Positions 28,253 through 37,885 of a stretch of DNA of 64,000 bases are shown piece by piece. The position numbers were made by a program, and so were the translations under genes. The DNA is from Terriglobia bacterium (GTDB lineage: Bacteria > Acidobacteriota > Terriglobia > 20CM-2-55-15), in contig CAXWPJ010000006.1 in NCBI GenBank assembly GCA_963664115.2, forward strand, positions 256,001 through 320,000, read 5' to 3'. Each line of letters starts with the position of its first letter. Positions within the stretch are counted from its first letter, which is position 1. The notes beneath the pieces were generated by a model. That model had not been told where the DNA came from. It made no database searches and worked only from the letters and a program-made list of their open reading frames with translations.

Positions 28253-29292
28253 CAGCCTTTCTTCGATGAAGCACGCGCAGCATCAAGAACCTGCTGGCTG
28301 ATTAAACCGTCTTTGAAGTTGGGGTTGGGTGAAGGGTGCCCTCCTGCGATCGCGTCGACCAGCGAGTCAACAAGCGCACGAAACTGGGGACGGAGAAAAT
28401 GACCGGCCTCTTTGGGTAACTGGTAGCGTGACGGGACCTCCAAAGCTTGCACCGCCCGGGCGCTTCTCTTGCCGCCCAGAATGGAGTGTCCGCGATAGTC
28501 CGGAATCACGAGTTGTCCCTTGCTCCCGTAAATCCCCACCTGTGACATTTCGACACCGGCGACTGCACTCATGTGGAGAACAGCCTGCGCTCCGGAAGAA
28601 AACTCGATGATCATCGCCGCCGCATCATCGCTCGTAACGGCCTGGCCCTCCCGTTCCTTTACGAAAGTCGATAGATCGCACATGACGCGACGCGGCTTGC
28701 CCATCCACATCTGGAGTGAATCGACTGCGTGAGAGCCGACCGCTCCGAGAAGCCCACCGCCACGCCGCTCGTCCGACCACCAGTTCCATTCGACATCCTG
28801 GGCATCGGACCGCCAACCGAAGTGTGCGGAAAATTCCACCATCCGGATCTTACCCACGTAGTTTTGGCGAAGCAAATCCATGAGAAATGTACGCGCCGGT
28901 AGATAGCGAAATTCGAAGTCCACCATGGCAATCACGCCGGCTTCGTCGGCTGCTTTAAGCATCGCTTCAGCTTCGGGGCTGTTCAGGGCGAAGGGTTTTT
29001 CGCACAGGATGTGGATTCCCCGTCGCGCGGCCGAGAGAACCATGGGGTGGTGGAGATGAGGTGGCGTCGTAATGCTGACCAGGTCCGGACGCTCGCTGTC
29101 CAACATCTCTTCGAAATCGGTGTAGGCGGCTCCGACACCATGCTCGGCAGCTACCGCCCGGGCCCGCTCGGCGCGTCCACTGGAAAGCGCGACAACCTGT
29201 GTGCGTGCATGAGATTGGAATACGGGTATCTGGACCGCCCCGGCAAAGGAGGTTCCGGCGACGGCAACACGAAGCTTCTTGGATTCGGTCAC
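28237..29292 (-). CDS. Gfo/Idh/MocA family oxidoreductase
   Basis: CEKP, GGGLLGAVGSH..D; GTG start after GAGGAG. Confidence 0.9.
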   Translation of the reverse strand: MTESKKLRVAVAGTSFAGAVQIPVFQSHARTQVVALSSGRAERARAVAAEHGVGAAYTDFEEMLDSERPDLVSITTPPHLHHPMVLSAARRGIHILCEKPFALNSPEAEAMLKAADEAGVIAMVDFEFRYLPARTFLMDLLRQNYVGKIRMVEFSAHFGWRSDAQDVEWNWWSDERRGGGLLGAVGSHAVDSLQMWMGKPRRVMCDLSTFVKEREGQAVTSDDAAAMIIEFSSGAQAVLHMSAVAGVEMSQVGIYGSKGQLVIPDYRGHSILGGKRSARAVQALEVPSRYQLPKEAGHFLRPQFRALVDSLVDAIAGGHPSPNPNFKDGLISQQVLDAARASSKKGCWVEL

Positions 29293-29417
29293 GGCAAGGC
29301 ACTCCTCGGCATGGATAGGGCCCCCTTTTGCGACGTAGGGGTCAGACAGCGGCACTGTATCAAGTTTGGTGTCGGTGTTCCAATTTAGGGGATTTGCGGA
29401 ACGGGACGCACTCGAAG

Positions 29418-29480
29418 GGGACGGACACTTCATGCGACATTGTGACCTGGCGAGTGTATTGTGGCTGAAGTGTCCGTCCC
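29418..29480. repeat. 63-bp REPIN/MITE-like element, copy 5
   Basis: GGGACGGACACTTC-N35-GAAGTGTCCGTCCC in a divergent promoter region. Confidence 0.9.
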
Positions 29481-29548
29481 TTTCCAGAGGATCAAGTCGG
29501 AAATCTCCACCGTCCCCGAATTGCCATGGTAAAATCTGCGGCTTCTCT

Positions 29549-30853
29549 ATGGCACAGATTCGTCCATTCAAAGCTCTTCGGTATTCGAGCGAACAGGTTC
29601 GGGTGGATCAGGTGGTCACGCAACCCTACGACAAGATCAGTCCCGAAATGCAGGCCCGGTACCGAGCCCGGCATCCGAATAACCTCGTCCGTATCCTCCG
29701 GTCAGCATCAGAACCGGACCAGGACCCGAATGTTTCGCCTTATCAGAGAGCTTCAGAAACACTCAAGGCCTGGCGTCAGGAAGGCATCATCGAGCAGGTG
29801 GAGGAACCGTCCCTGTTTGCGTATTTCCAGCGTTTCCGAACCCCGGAGGGTGATCGGTTCCGAACGCGTAAGGGATTTATCTGTTTGGCGCATTTGGAGG
29901 ATTACGCCAACAAGATTGTCTTTCCGCACGAACAGACACTAACGGGTCCCAAGCAGGACAGACTCGAACTGTTGCGTCACACACGGACACACTTCGGTCA
30001 GGTATTTCTTCTTTATTCCGATCCCTCCAGGGTAGTCGATGCCGTTCTCGACGACGTGGCTGCCGATCCGCCCGAAATCACGGTTCGTGATGAGTACGAT
30101 GTAGAGCACATGCTCTGGCAAGTGTCCAATATTGAAGCGATTCGTTCGATTCAGGCTGCGATGGTGGACAAACAGCTCACGATCGCCGACGGTCACCATC
30201 GGTACGAAACGGCGCTTGCATTCCGTGACGAGAAGAGGACGGAAGCGGGTAGGGACGACGCGGGAGCTTTCGAATGGTTGATGACGACACTGGTGAACAT
30301 GGAGAGTCCGGGCATGACGATCCTGCCGACCCACCGTGTGGTGTCGAACCTCGCTTCGTATGATCCCGACAAATTCGTCGACCGCGTCCGGGAGTACTTC
30401 GACGTTCGGGAGGTCGGGAACGCGGGTCAACTGGCCACAGGTCTGGAGGAGGGCGGAGCCATTCGGCCGACCATTGGTATGGCGACTCAAGGGGGAGACC
30501 GTTTTGCCGTGTTTGAACTCCGGGATGGTTTTGATTTCAAGGCTGTTTTACCTGGCGTCTCAGTGACCCAGTCTCAACTCGACGTCGTGATTCTTCATGA
30601 TCTGATACTGGGAAAGTGCCTGGATGTTTCAGACGAAGACGTGCGTGGAGAGAGCTATCTGCAATATGTCCGTGGCTTGGAGGCCGCCGTCGCTGAGGTT
30701 GAGGAGGGCAGGGCCCAGGTCTGTTTTCTGCTGAATGCAACCCGCATAGAACAGGTCCGGGACATCGCCCTTGCCGGGGAAGTTCTGCCGCAGAAATCCA
30801 CAGATTTCTTCCCGAAATTGCTATCCGGCCTAACGATGTATTCGATGGATTGA
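29549..30853 (+). CDS. DUF1015 family protein
   Basis: IRPFKALRY, PYDKIS, PHEQT, IADGHHRYE, PQKSTDFFPK. Confidence 0.92.
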   Translation: MAQIRPFKALRYSSEQVRVDQVVTQPYDKISPEMQARYRARHPNNLVRILRSASEPDQDPNVSPYQRASETLKAWRQEGIIEQVEEPSLFAYFQRFRTPEGDRFRTRKGFICLAHLEDYANKIVFPHEQTLTGPKQDRLELLRHTRTHFGQVFLLYSDPSRVVDAVLDDVAADPPEITVRDEYDVEHMLWQVSNIEAIRSIQAAMVDKQLTIADGHHRYETALAFRDEKRTEAGRDDAGAFEWLMTTLVNMESPGMTILPTHRVVSNLASYDPDKFVDRVREYFDVREVGNAGQLATGLEEGGAIRPTIGMATQGGDRFAVFELRDGFDFKAVLPGVSVTQSQLDVVILHDLILGKCLDVSDEDVRGESYLQYVRGLEAAVAEVEEGRAQVCFLLNATRIEQVRDIALAGEVLPQKSTDFFPKLLSGLTMYSMD

Positions 30854-30864
30854 CGGCGCCCCGG

Positions 30865-32004
30865 TCAATCGCCAACCCGCTCTTCGTCGATGTCTCGCGG
30901 ATCGGAATCTTCGGTCCATCGTTTCTTGAACATGGTTCTCAGATTTTCCACCATGGGTTCTCGATGATCGTACAGCCTCCGGAGAGATCTCGGCCCTCGA
31001 CGGTTTAAAGCGTAGGCCGTCAGGAGTGGCACCGCGATGGTCGAATCGATGTAACAGACGACGGCGTCGGGTAGCCGGTCCGGATCCACCTTGCCCCAGC
31101 TCACTGCTTCGGCCGGCGTCGCGCCCGACAGGCCCCCGGTATCGGGGCGCGCGTCGGTGAACTGCAGATAGTAGTCGTGTCCCTTTTCTTCGAGTCCCAG
31201 AACCTCCTGGATTTGCGGCTCGGTCTGTAACATGAAGTTCTTGGGTGAGCCGCCGCCAATCAGGAGCGTGGCGCTCTTTAGATTCTTTTGCTTCGCTGCG
31301 TAGACGATGCCGGCGGTTTCGTTGACGTCGGCATTCACGTCAATCGAACACTTGCTTCCCAGCAACGCGTTTGCCGCAACGTTCATTCCGATCGAACTGT
31401 CTCCGGGTGAAGAGGTATATATCGGAATACCACATTCGTGGGCCGTCGCCACCAGGGACTTGTCTTTGATGCCGAGTACGCGCTCCCGCTCCAGGACATA
31501 ACGCCCTAGCATGTGATGAAACTGGGCCGAGCTCATGCTGGTCTGGAATTCGGGTTCGCTAACCACTTTCTTTATGAAGTTATCGGTTTTCACGAGGACA
31601 TCGTATTCGAACAGGATGTCGTAAATGCGAACGACGCCTTCTTTTCTCAGTATGCGGTCATCGAGGTCTGGAGACCCGCGGTGCATTTCCAGTCCAATGC
31701 CAAAGTGGATGTCGTGATACAGGTTGGCGCCGGTCGACACCATCCAGTCGATGAAACCTGCCCGCATCAGCGGAACGATGGCAGCCATGCCCAATCCTGC
31801 CGGTGTCATTGCGCCCGAGAGACTCACGCCGACCACGACGTCATTCTCAAGCATCCGTTCGGTGAAGAGATGGCAGGCCTCGCGGAATCGACCGGCATTA
31901 TAGGCGTTAAAGGTTTGATCGATCAGTGCGACGAGAGACGTGTCGGATTGGATCGCCGGGGGAGCGATGTTTTTGCCTTTCAGGAAGTGTTTGTTGTGCG
32001 CCAT
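30865..32004 (-). CDS. Deoxyhypusine synthase-like protein (SpeY-type homospermidine synthesis candidate)
   Basis: [43 protein letters not shown]. Confidence 0.88.
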   Translation of the reverse strand: MAHNKHFLKGKNIAPPAIQSDTSLVALIDQTFNAYNAGRFREACHLFTERMLENDVVVGVSLSGAMTPAGLGMAAIVPLMRAGFIDWMVSTGANLYHDIHFGIGLEMHRGSPDLDDRILRKEGVVRIYDILFEYDVLVKTDNFIKKVVSEPEFQTSMSSAQFHHMLGRYVLERERVLGIKDKSLVATAHECGIPIYTSSPGDSSIGMNVAANALLGSKCSIDVNADVNETAGIVYAAKQKNLKSATLLIGGGSPKNFMLQTEPQIQEVLGLEEKGHDYYLQFTDARPDTGGLSGATPAEAVSWGKVDPDRLPDAVVCYIDSTIAVPLLTAYALNRRGPRSLRRLYDHREPMVENLRTMFKKRWTEDSDPRDIDEERVGD

Positions 32005-32015
32005 CGGCGAAAGGT

Positions 32016-32260
32016 CTAATGCTCGAAACCGTCCTTGCGGTCGGTACCCATAATTCTGATGACGAAAGATTCAGAGATTTCGATCATCGACGGACAGGAC
32101 GGGCATGTCGCACTGCTACGCCGATCATGGGTCCCTCAGAACAGGCTTGTTGGACGAACGACGCCAACACGGCCGATTTCTGCTCCTGATCTGCGACTGC
32201 CAGGACAAAAACGTCGCCGGGAATGAGGTTGAGCCCTTGACTGACATCCTCTCGATTCAT
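32016..32260 (-). pseudogene. Frameshifted, truncated flavin reductase-like fragment
   Basis: MNREDVSQGLNLIPGDVFVL...LASFVQQACSEGPMIGVAV, then shifted frame [23 protein letters not shown]; GAGGAG RBS. Confidence 0.6.
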
Positions 32261-32404
32261 AGATAATCTCCTCAGAACACGGGTAAAAAGGGGTATTCTG
32301 ACGGACTTTAGGAATGTTTTCAACAAGCGGCCAGAGTGAGAGATTCGCACAGACGTGCCACCTAAGCTGTAGGCGCTGAGCCGAGACATGAAGGACAGAC
32401 TGCA

Positions 32405-33595
32405 ATGAATGAAAAGCTGATCGAAACTCTTCAGGAGGCGCTCAAAGCCGAGGGATTGGACGGGTGGCTTTTCTATTGTTTTCGTGGAAGCGATCCGATC
32501 GCTGAGAATATCCTGAAACTGGATCGCCGTCAGATCACCACCCGGCGCTGGGCCTACTTTGTTCCTGCCGCCGGAGACCCCCAAAAAATTGTTCACATTA
32601 TCGAGCCCCACGTTCTCGACACACTTCCGGGGGTAGAGCGGACCTATTTGGCATGGCAGCAACTCCACGAACATCTCAAGGAATCCGTATCGGGTGCGCC
32701 GCGCGTGGCCATGCAGTATTCGCCGTTGAACGCCATTCCTTACGTTTCGCGTGTGGATGCGGGGACGGTGGAGTTGGTCCGCAGTTTTGGTGTTGAAGTC
32801 GTTTCCTCAGCTGATCTGGTTCAGGTATTTGAAGCCGTTTGGAGTGACGCGCAGTTGGAGACGCACTTATACGCCGTCAACCATCTGCGCGAGATCGTCG
32901 ACGTTACGTTCAACGAGACGGCGCGGCGCATCCGGGATGGCGTGGCCACGAATGAATTCGATATGCAGGAGTTCATCTGGCAGCAATACGATGCACGGGG
33001 ATTGATATCTTCGGACCGGCCGATCGTTGCGATCAACGCCAACAGTGCCGACCCGCACTACTTGCCTGACGCGGAGCATCGAGCTCCTATTCGAGCGGGC
33101 GATTTCATGTTGATTGACATATGGGCCAAGCGGCCCGACACGGGAGCTGTCTACGGAGACATTACCTGGACCGGTTACCTTGGGGAATCTGTCCCTGAGA
33201 AACATGAAGAAATCTTTCAGGTTGTTCGTGGAGGTCGAGATGCAGCGATAGCGTTGGTCGAGAGTCGTTATCGAGAGGAGACGCTCCACGGCTGGGAAGT
33301 CGACGATGCGGCCCGGGCGTCGATCACCGGCGCAGGTTACGGGGAGTACTTCATACATCGTACCGGCCATTCCATCCACGAGGAGGACCACGGCAACGGA
33401 GCCAACATTGACAATCTGGAAACTCAGGACAGCCGCAAACTCATGACAGGTACCTGCTTTTCAATCGAGCCCGGAGTGTACCTGAGGGGCGACTTCGGAG
33501 TCCGTAGCGAGGTGGACGTCTACCTGTCTCCCGACGGTCCGGTCGTAACCGGCACACCGATTCAGGAGCACGTCATTCCCATCCTCGCCGGTTGA
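32405..33595 (+). CDS. M24 family metallopeptidase
   Basis: DPHY, IDIW, GDITW, HRTGHSI, SIEPG, GVRSE. Confidence 0.93.
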   Translation: MNEKLIETLQEALKAEGLDGWLFYCFRGSDPIAENILKLDRRQITTRRWAYFVPAAGDPQKIVHIIEPHVLDTLPGVERTYLAWQQLHEHLKESVSGAPRVAMQYSPLNAIPYVSRVDAGTVELVRSFGVEVVSSADLVQVFEAVWSDAQLETHLYAVNHLREIVDVTFNETARRIRDGVATNEFDMQEFIWQQYDARGLISSDRPIVAINANSADPHYLPDAEHRAPIRAGDFMLIDIWAKRPDTGAVYGDITWTGYLGESVPEKHEEIFQVVRGGRDAAIALVESRYREETLHGWEVDDAARASITGAGYGEYFIHRTGHSIHEEDHGNGANIDNLETQDSRKLMTGTCFSIEPGVYLRGDFGVRSEVDVYLSPDGPVVTGTPIQEHVIPILAG

Positions 33596-33713
33596 ACGTC
33601 GGCATTGTATATCCCCACATTCCATGGTAGGACCGGATCCGTCCTCCATGTAAGGTATTAGTGTGAGCCACAATAGGTGTAGTGTCACGTTAAACTGATT
33701 TCGAGGAGGCCTA

Positions 33714-34418
33714 ATGCGATATCTTGCGATCACGGTTGCTATGACGTTTGTTATGGCGCTGCCGGCCAGTGCTCAATTGGACGAGAAGGTTGCCGACCGA
33801 TTCTGGGCATCGACTCAGATTCTTGAGGCACTCGTCAATGCTCCCGACGGCGGTATTCCTCAAAATTTACTTCGCCGATCTGAGTGTGTAGGTGTGATTC
33901 CGGCTGTAAAGCGCGCTGCGTTCGGATTCGGTGGTCGTTATGGCCGGGGGCTCGTGGTTTGCCGAAAGGATGGCGGGGCAGGGCCGTGGGGTTCACCCTC
34001 GATGCTGTCGCTCAGTGGCGGTAGCTTCGGATTCCAGATCGGTGGCCAGTCCACCGACGTCCTGATGCTGTTTGTGACGCCCGACAGCATCGACCACCTC
34101 CTCAGGGATCAAGTGACTCTGGGCGCCGACGTTTCGGCCGCTGCGGGGCCGAAGGGCCGGACGGTATCGGCCGAGACCAGTGCGACGCTGAGGGCGGAAA
34201 TACTGACCTATGGGAGAAGTCGCGGTTTGTTTGCCGGTATATCGTTGGAAGGCGCTGTCTTGAAGCCGGATACGGATGCGAACGAAAGCCTTTATGGTGG
34301 AGCAGTGGATGCTCGTGAGCTCCTGATTGATGGTAATGTCGCAATTCCGGAACCCGCACAAACTTTCATCGATACTTTGACGTCTTTGGCGGCGCGTGAA
34401 GAGCCGGCTGGCGAGTAG
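33714..34418 (+). CDS. Exported SYLF/Ysc84 lipid-binding protein
   Basis: GGSFGFQIGG, AAAGP.GR, RSRGLFAGISLEG. Confidence 0.92.
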   Translation: MRYLAITVAMTFVMALPASAQLDEKVADRFWASTQILEALVNAPDGGIPQNLLRRSECVGVIPAVKRAAFGFGGRYGRGLVVCRKDGGAGPWGSPSMLSLSGGSFGFQIGGQSTDVLMLFVTPDSIDHLLRDQVTLGADVSAAAGPKGRTVSAETSATLRAEILTYGRSRGLFAGISLEGAVLKPDTDANESLYGGAVDARELLIDGNVAIPEPAQTFIDTLTSLAAREEPAGE

Positions 34419-34438
34419 GTTCCTGTCAAGGTCTTCGT

Positions 34439-34473
34439 GGGGCGGCGGATCCTGCCGCCCCTAATTCTTTTTT
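34439..34473 (+). terminator. Probable intrinsic terminator
   Basis: GGGGCGGCGG-atc-CTGCCGCCCC followed by a T-rich tract. Confidence 0.6.
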
Positions 34474-34550
34474 CTGCCATAATCCGACGGTCAAAGTTTC
34501 CCGAACAAACCGGAAGAAGGTCGGATTACGTTAACTGCGCGGACACGAAA

Positions 34551-35507
34551 TTGAATTCCACACTTTACGAACGACTGAATAACGGAGCTCTGATCTTCGA
34601 CCGACGTATGGGCTTGGTGGAACTGAGGGGGCCCGACCGCGTCACCTGGTTGCAAGGGATGGTGTCCAACGATGTGGCGCGCCTCAAAGAAGGACTGGGT
34701 TGCTATGCCGCCCATCTAAGTCCGCAGGGCAAGGTGCTGTCACAAATGGTGGTGCTGGCAGGCGAAGACACGCTGTGGTTGGAAGTGGAGGCAGACAACG
34801 TCCTTGCCAGTATCGAAGGGCTCGACAAACTGCTGATTATGGAAGATGCGGAAATAATCGACCGCTCCTCAGACTTCGGCGTTTTGGGACTCGCAGGAAA
34901 GGGCGCCCGGTCTCTTCTGGGTGACTGGTCCGGTGGTGCGCTTGACCTTGAATCCCCATTTGCACACGCTGAGGTCGGATCCGTGAGGGTCGTTCGGGCC
35001 GACCTGGGTTATGACCTGATCGTCCCGACTGCGAGCGTGTCCCCGCTCCGCAACGCGCTTGTCGCCGCCGGTGCGGCGATCGGCGATGAGCCATTGTGGG
35101 AGTGTGTCCGGATAGAGGCAGGAATCCCTACCTATGGTGTCGATGTTGATTCCAGGACGACCTTGCCCGAACTTGGAGGAAAGGGCATTGATTACGAAAA
35201 GGGATGCTACATCGGGCAGGAGGTCGTCGCCAAGATCCGGTACATCGGCCATGTGAACCGTCACTTCGTCGGGCTGCGGTTCGAAGGATCGGCAGTGCCC
35301 CAACCCAATTCGAGTGTGAGTCGGGACGGACGTGACGTGGGTCGGATTACGAGTAGCGTGTACTCGCCCTTCCTGAAGTCTGCCATTGCGCTGGCCTACG
35401 TGCGGCTTGGCGCAGACAAAGCGGGAACCACTGTTGAAGTGTCCATCGATGGAAAGACCGAGATAGCCACCGTAACCGAACTGCCATTTGTTTCACATCC
35501 GTATTGA
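34551..35507 (+). CDS. ygfZ: YgfZ/GcvT-like folate-binding protein
   Basis: WLQGMVSND, RIEAG.P, KGCYIGQE signature; start uncertain. Confidence 0.85.
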   Translation: MNSTLYERLNNGALIFDRRMGLVELRGPDRVTWLQGMVSNDVARLKEGLGCYAAHLSPQGKVLSQMVVLAGEDTLWLEVEADNVLASIEGLDKLLIMEDAEIIDRSSDFGVLGLAGKGARSLLGDWSGGALDLESPFAHAEVGSVRVVRADLGYDLIVPTASVSPLRNALVAAGAAIGDEPLWECVRIEAGIPTYGVDVDSRTTLPELGGKGIDYEKGCYIGQEVVAKIRYIGHVNRHFVGLRFEGSAVPQPNSSVSRDGRDVGRITSSVYSPFLKSAIALAYVRLGADKAGTTVEVSIDGKTEIATVTELPFVSHPY

Positions 35508-35663
35508 AGAGCTAACAGATTACTCTGTCCATAAGGATGCGGAGATGGGAATGAGTTTGATCGGGTAGAAGGCTGGTAATTAACAGTTTTGTCCGGGTCC
35601 CATCCGATCATCTTCTTAGACTAGACGCCTCGGCTACCGCCTCTTTACTATGAAAGCCGTCCA

Positions 35664-35694
35664 CCCGCAGCGAGGAACGTTGCGGGTTTTCTTT
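35664..35694 (+). terminator. Intrinsic terminator-like hairpin
   Basis: CCCGCAGCG-aggaa-CGTTGCGGG-TTTTCTTT. Confidence 0.7.
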
Positions 35695-36067
35695 GGGACT
35701 GCTTCAACACCCCGTTGATCCCAATAGGCCTCGCCATCAGGATGATGGTGAGGGTCGCCGGTCGTTCAGACAGGATGTCTGATCGAACGACCGAGCGAAA
35801 TCTTATATCGGGACCTTCTAACCGAGGACACGCGTCAATTACGCGGCTTGAACTTCGAAGTATTTGCGAGTTTTTCGAAGTGCTTCCGGTCGGAATCGCT
35901 CAAATCCTGGGGAACTACAATCTTCAAGCGGACGTAGTTTTCTTTGACTGCTTCAACACCCCTCCCCGGGCGCATCAGGATGATGGTGAGGGTCGCCGGT
36001 CGTTGGTTCATCGGACCGAGCCTTGATATGGTCTAACCGAGGACACGCGTCAATTACGCGGCTTGAA
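35686..36067. repeat. Imperfect direct duplication (35686-35852 vs 35937-36067)
   Basis: Shared blocks GACTGCTTCAACACCCC, CATCAGGATGATGGTGAGGGTCGCCGGTCGTT and TCTAACCGAGGACACGCGTCAATTACGCGGCTTGAA. Confidence 0.9.
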
Positions 36068-36881
36068 GAACGCGAGAACGTTGCTCCCGGATCCGATCTC
36101 CGGCAGTTTTTGAGACTTCCGACTGAATGTCTGCCTTGCCGTCGAGCGTGGGGACCTCAATCGTCGCGCCAAGCGCCGCCTCCCACGCTGTAATCGGCAC
36201 CTCGATCTCTGTGTTGTCCCCATCCACTTCAAATCGGGATCCCGGTTCCATCTTCAGGCGAATGTAAAGATCTCCGCCGTCCACGCTGCCCCCGGGCAGG
36301 CGGATACGGCTTCCGTCACGCGTCCCTGCCGGTATCCGGACGTCGACACTCTTTTGCTTGCTGTTGACGCGGAGGTTGAGCTTTCGCGTGGTACCGCGAT
36401 GCATTGCGTCGAGTGGCAGGGCCAGTTCGGTTTCCACCTGTGGGCGGTTTCTCCGTCCACTTCGGGTATGAGCGCGTCCTGCGCCTGAGCCGGGGGCTGG
36501 TCCTCCGCCCATCCTTCCGAAGACTGATTCGAAGAAATCGCTGAAACCGCCTCGGCCAGAGCCGCCCCCCCTACCCAGGATGTCGCTGATGTCAAAATCG
36601 GTTTGGAACCCGCCACCCTGCCAGCCGGGTGGTGGCGTAAATTCAGCTCCGTTCTTCCAGTTAGCGCCGAGTTGATCGTAGCGCTTACGTTTTTCCGGGT
36701 CGGACAGGACTTCGTAGGCTTCCTGGACTTCCTTGAATTTCTCTTCGGCGCCCGCGTTGTTCGGGTTTACGTCCGGGTGATACTTACGCGCAAGTTTTCG
36801 GTACGCTTTCTTGATCTCGTCACCGCCCGTCGCGCGCCCAACGCCAAGAGTTTCGTAATAGTCTTTGAATTTCAGGGCCAT
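35835..36881 (-). pseudogene. cbpA: CbpA/DnaJ class-B chaperone, interrupted near the 3' end (possibly an assembly error)
   Basis: J domain (DYY, HPD), G/F region and C-terminal domain up to PTLDGKADI; the detached C-terminus ENYVRLKIVVP...FKPRN* is at 35835-35942. Confidence 0.8.
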
Positions 36882-36950
36882 GATTATTGACTACTGTTAT
36901 ATAGCTGAGGAGATGGGAATTCCAGAGCCAAGCAGCGTAGAGGGACTTTA

Positions 36951-37772
36951 TCAGACAGGAACTTCGAGGCCTTCTTTAGCCGCGATCACATTGGGATGGA
37001 GCTTGGAAGCTTCCCCGAGGATGGAGTCGATTACGCTGTCGTTGTGGTAAGGGTCGTGGTGGAATAACACGATTTGCTTGGCATTGGCCTCGATAGCGCT
37101 CTCGACAGATTGCTTCCAGGTGCTGTGGCCCCAACCTTCTTTTGAGGGGTATTCTTCTGGAGTGTATTGAGCGTCTACGATGAGGCAGTCGGCATCTTGA
37201 GCCAGATCTCTGAAGTTGTTTTCGCTCCACTCCGGACCGCGCTCCACGTCGGTACAGTAGGCGATCACCTTTTCGCCCTGAGTGATTCTGTATCCCACAC
37301 AACCCTGCGGATGGTTCAGTTTCTTTACAAGGATCGTGGTGTCGGCGACTCGGAATGTTCCCTCCACCAGGTCGATGTAGTTCCGGACGCAAGGCAGTTT
37401 GGACATGTCGACCGGGAAATAAGGGTTTGCCATAATTCCGGCCAGCGCGTCCATGACGAGATTCGCGTCGCGTCGTCCAGCAAAGTAGAACGTGAAGTGA
37501 TTCTCTTTCGAATAGAGCGGTGTGAAGAAGGGGAGGCCTTGAATATGGTCGATATGGAAATGGCTGAAGAATACGCGGGCTCGAATGCGTGATCCGTCGA
37601 ACTCCTGTTCCAGCGCCTTACCCAGCAAACGGATGCCGGTGCCGCCGTCAAAGATCAATATTTCGTTGCTGTCGGTCCGTACTTCGACACACGACGTATT
37701 ACCGCCATATTCCAGATTGTCTCGCTGCGGGGTTGGTGTCGAACCGCGTACTCCCCAAAATCGAACGCGCAT
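36951..37772 (-). CDS. MBL-fold metallo-hydrolase (RNase Z/phosphodiesterase-like)
   Basis: GVRGS.P, GGNTSC, SHFHIDHIQG, WGHS, FHHDP. Confidence 0.9.
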   Translation of the reverse strand: MRVRFWGVRGSTPTPQRDNLEYGGNTSCVEVRTDSNEILIFDGGTGIRLLGKALEQEFDGSRIRARVFFSHFHIDHIQGLPFFTPLYSKENHFTFYFAGRRDANLVMDALAGIMANPYFPVDMSKLPCVRNYIDLVEGTFRVADTTILVKKLNHPQGCVGYRITQGEKVIAYCTDVERGPEWSENNFRDLAQDADCLIVDAQYTPEEYPSKEGWGHSTWKQSVESAIEANAKQIVLFHHDPYHNDSVIDSILGEASKLHPNVIAAKEGLEVPV

Positions 37773-37885
37773 TGAGCGCTCCCTCCGTCAAGAAGCGGCA
37801 GTATATAGCAGGCCGCAGTAAAACACACCAGAACAGACTACTTTTCCACTACAGGAACTGGCAGCCTTAGAATGATACGGGAAGG

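Noticed and set aside
198-29480. CRISPR array (conserved repeats with 35-nt spacers)
   Set aside because: The repeats are inverted pairs, dispersed as single units with mutually related cores; there is no tandem direct-repeat array and no cas gene
28237-29571. Long N-terminal extensions in the ORF track (also ORFs at 10904, 19888, 29366, 38840, 45054, 60986)
   Set aside because: The extensions run through repeats or neighbouring genes; downstream starts with an RBS or -10 box fit the family N-termini better
35695-35715. IS terminal inverted repeat (GGACTGCTTCAACACCCC; similar GGCTGTTAAAGAAGCC near 55821)
   Set aside because: Only a loose resemblance; no partner end, target duplication or transposase
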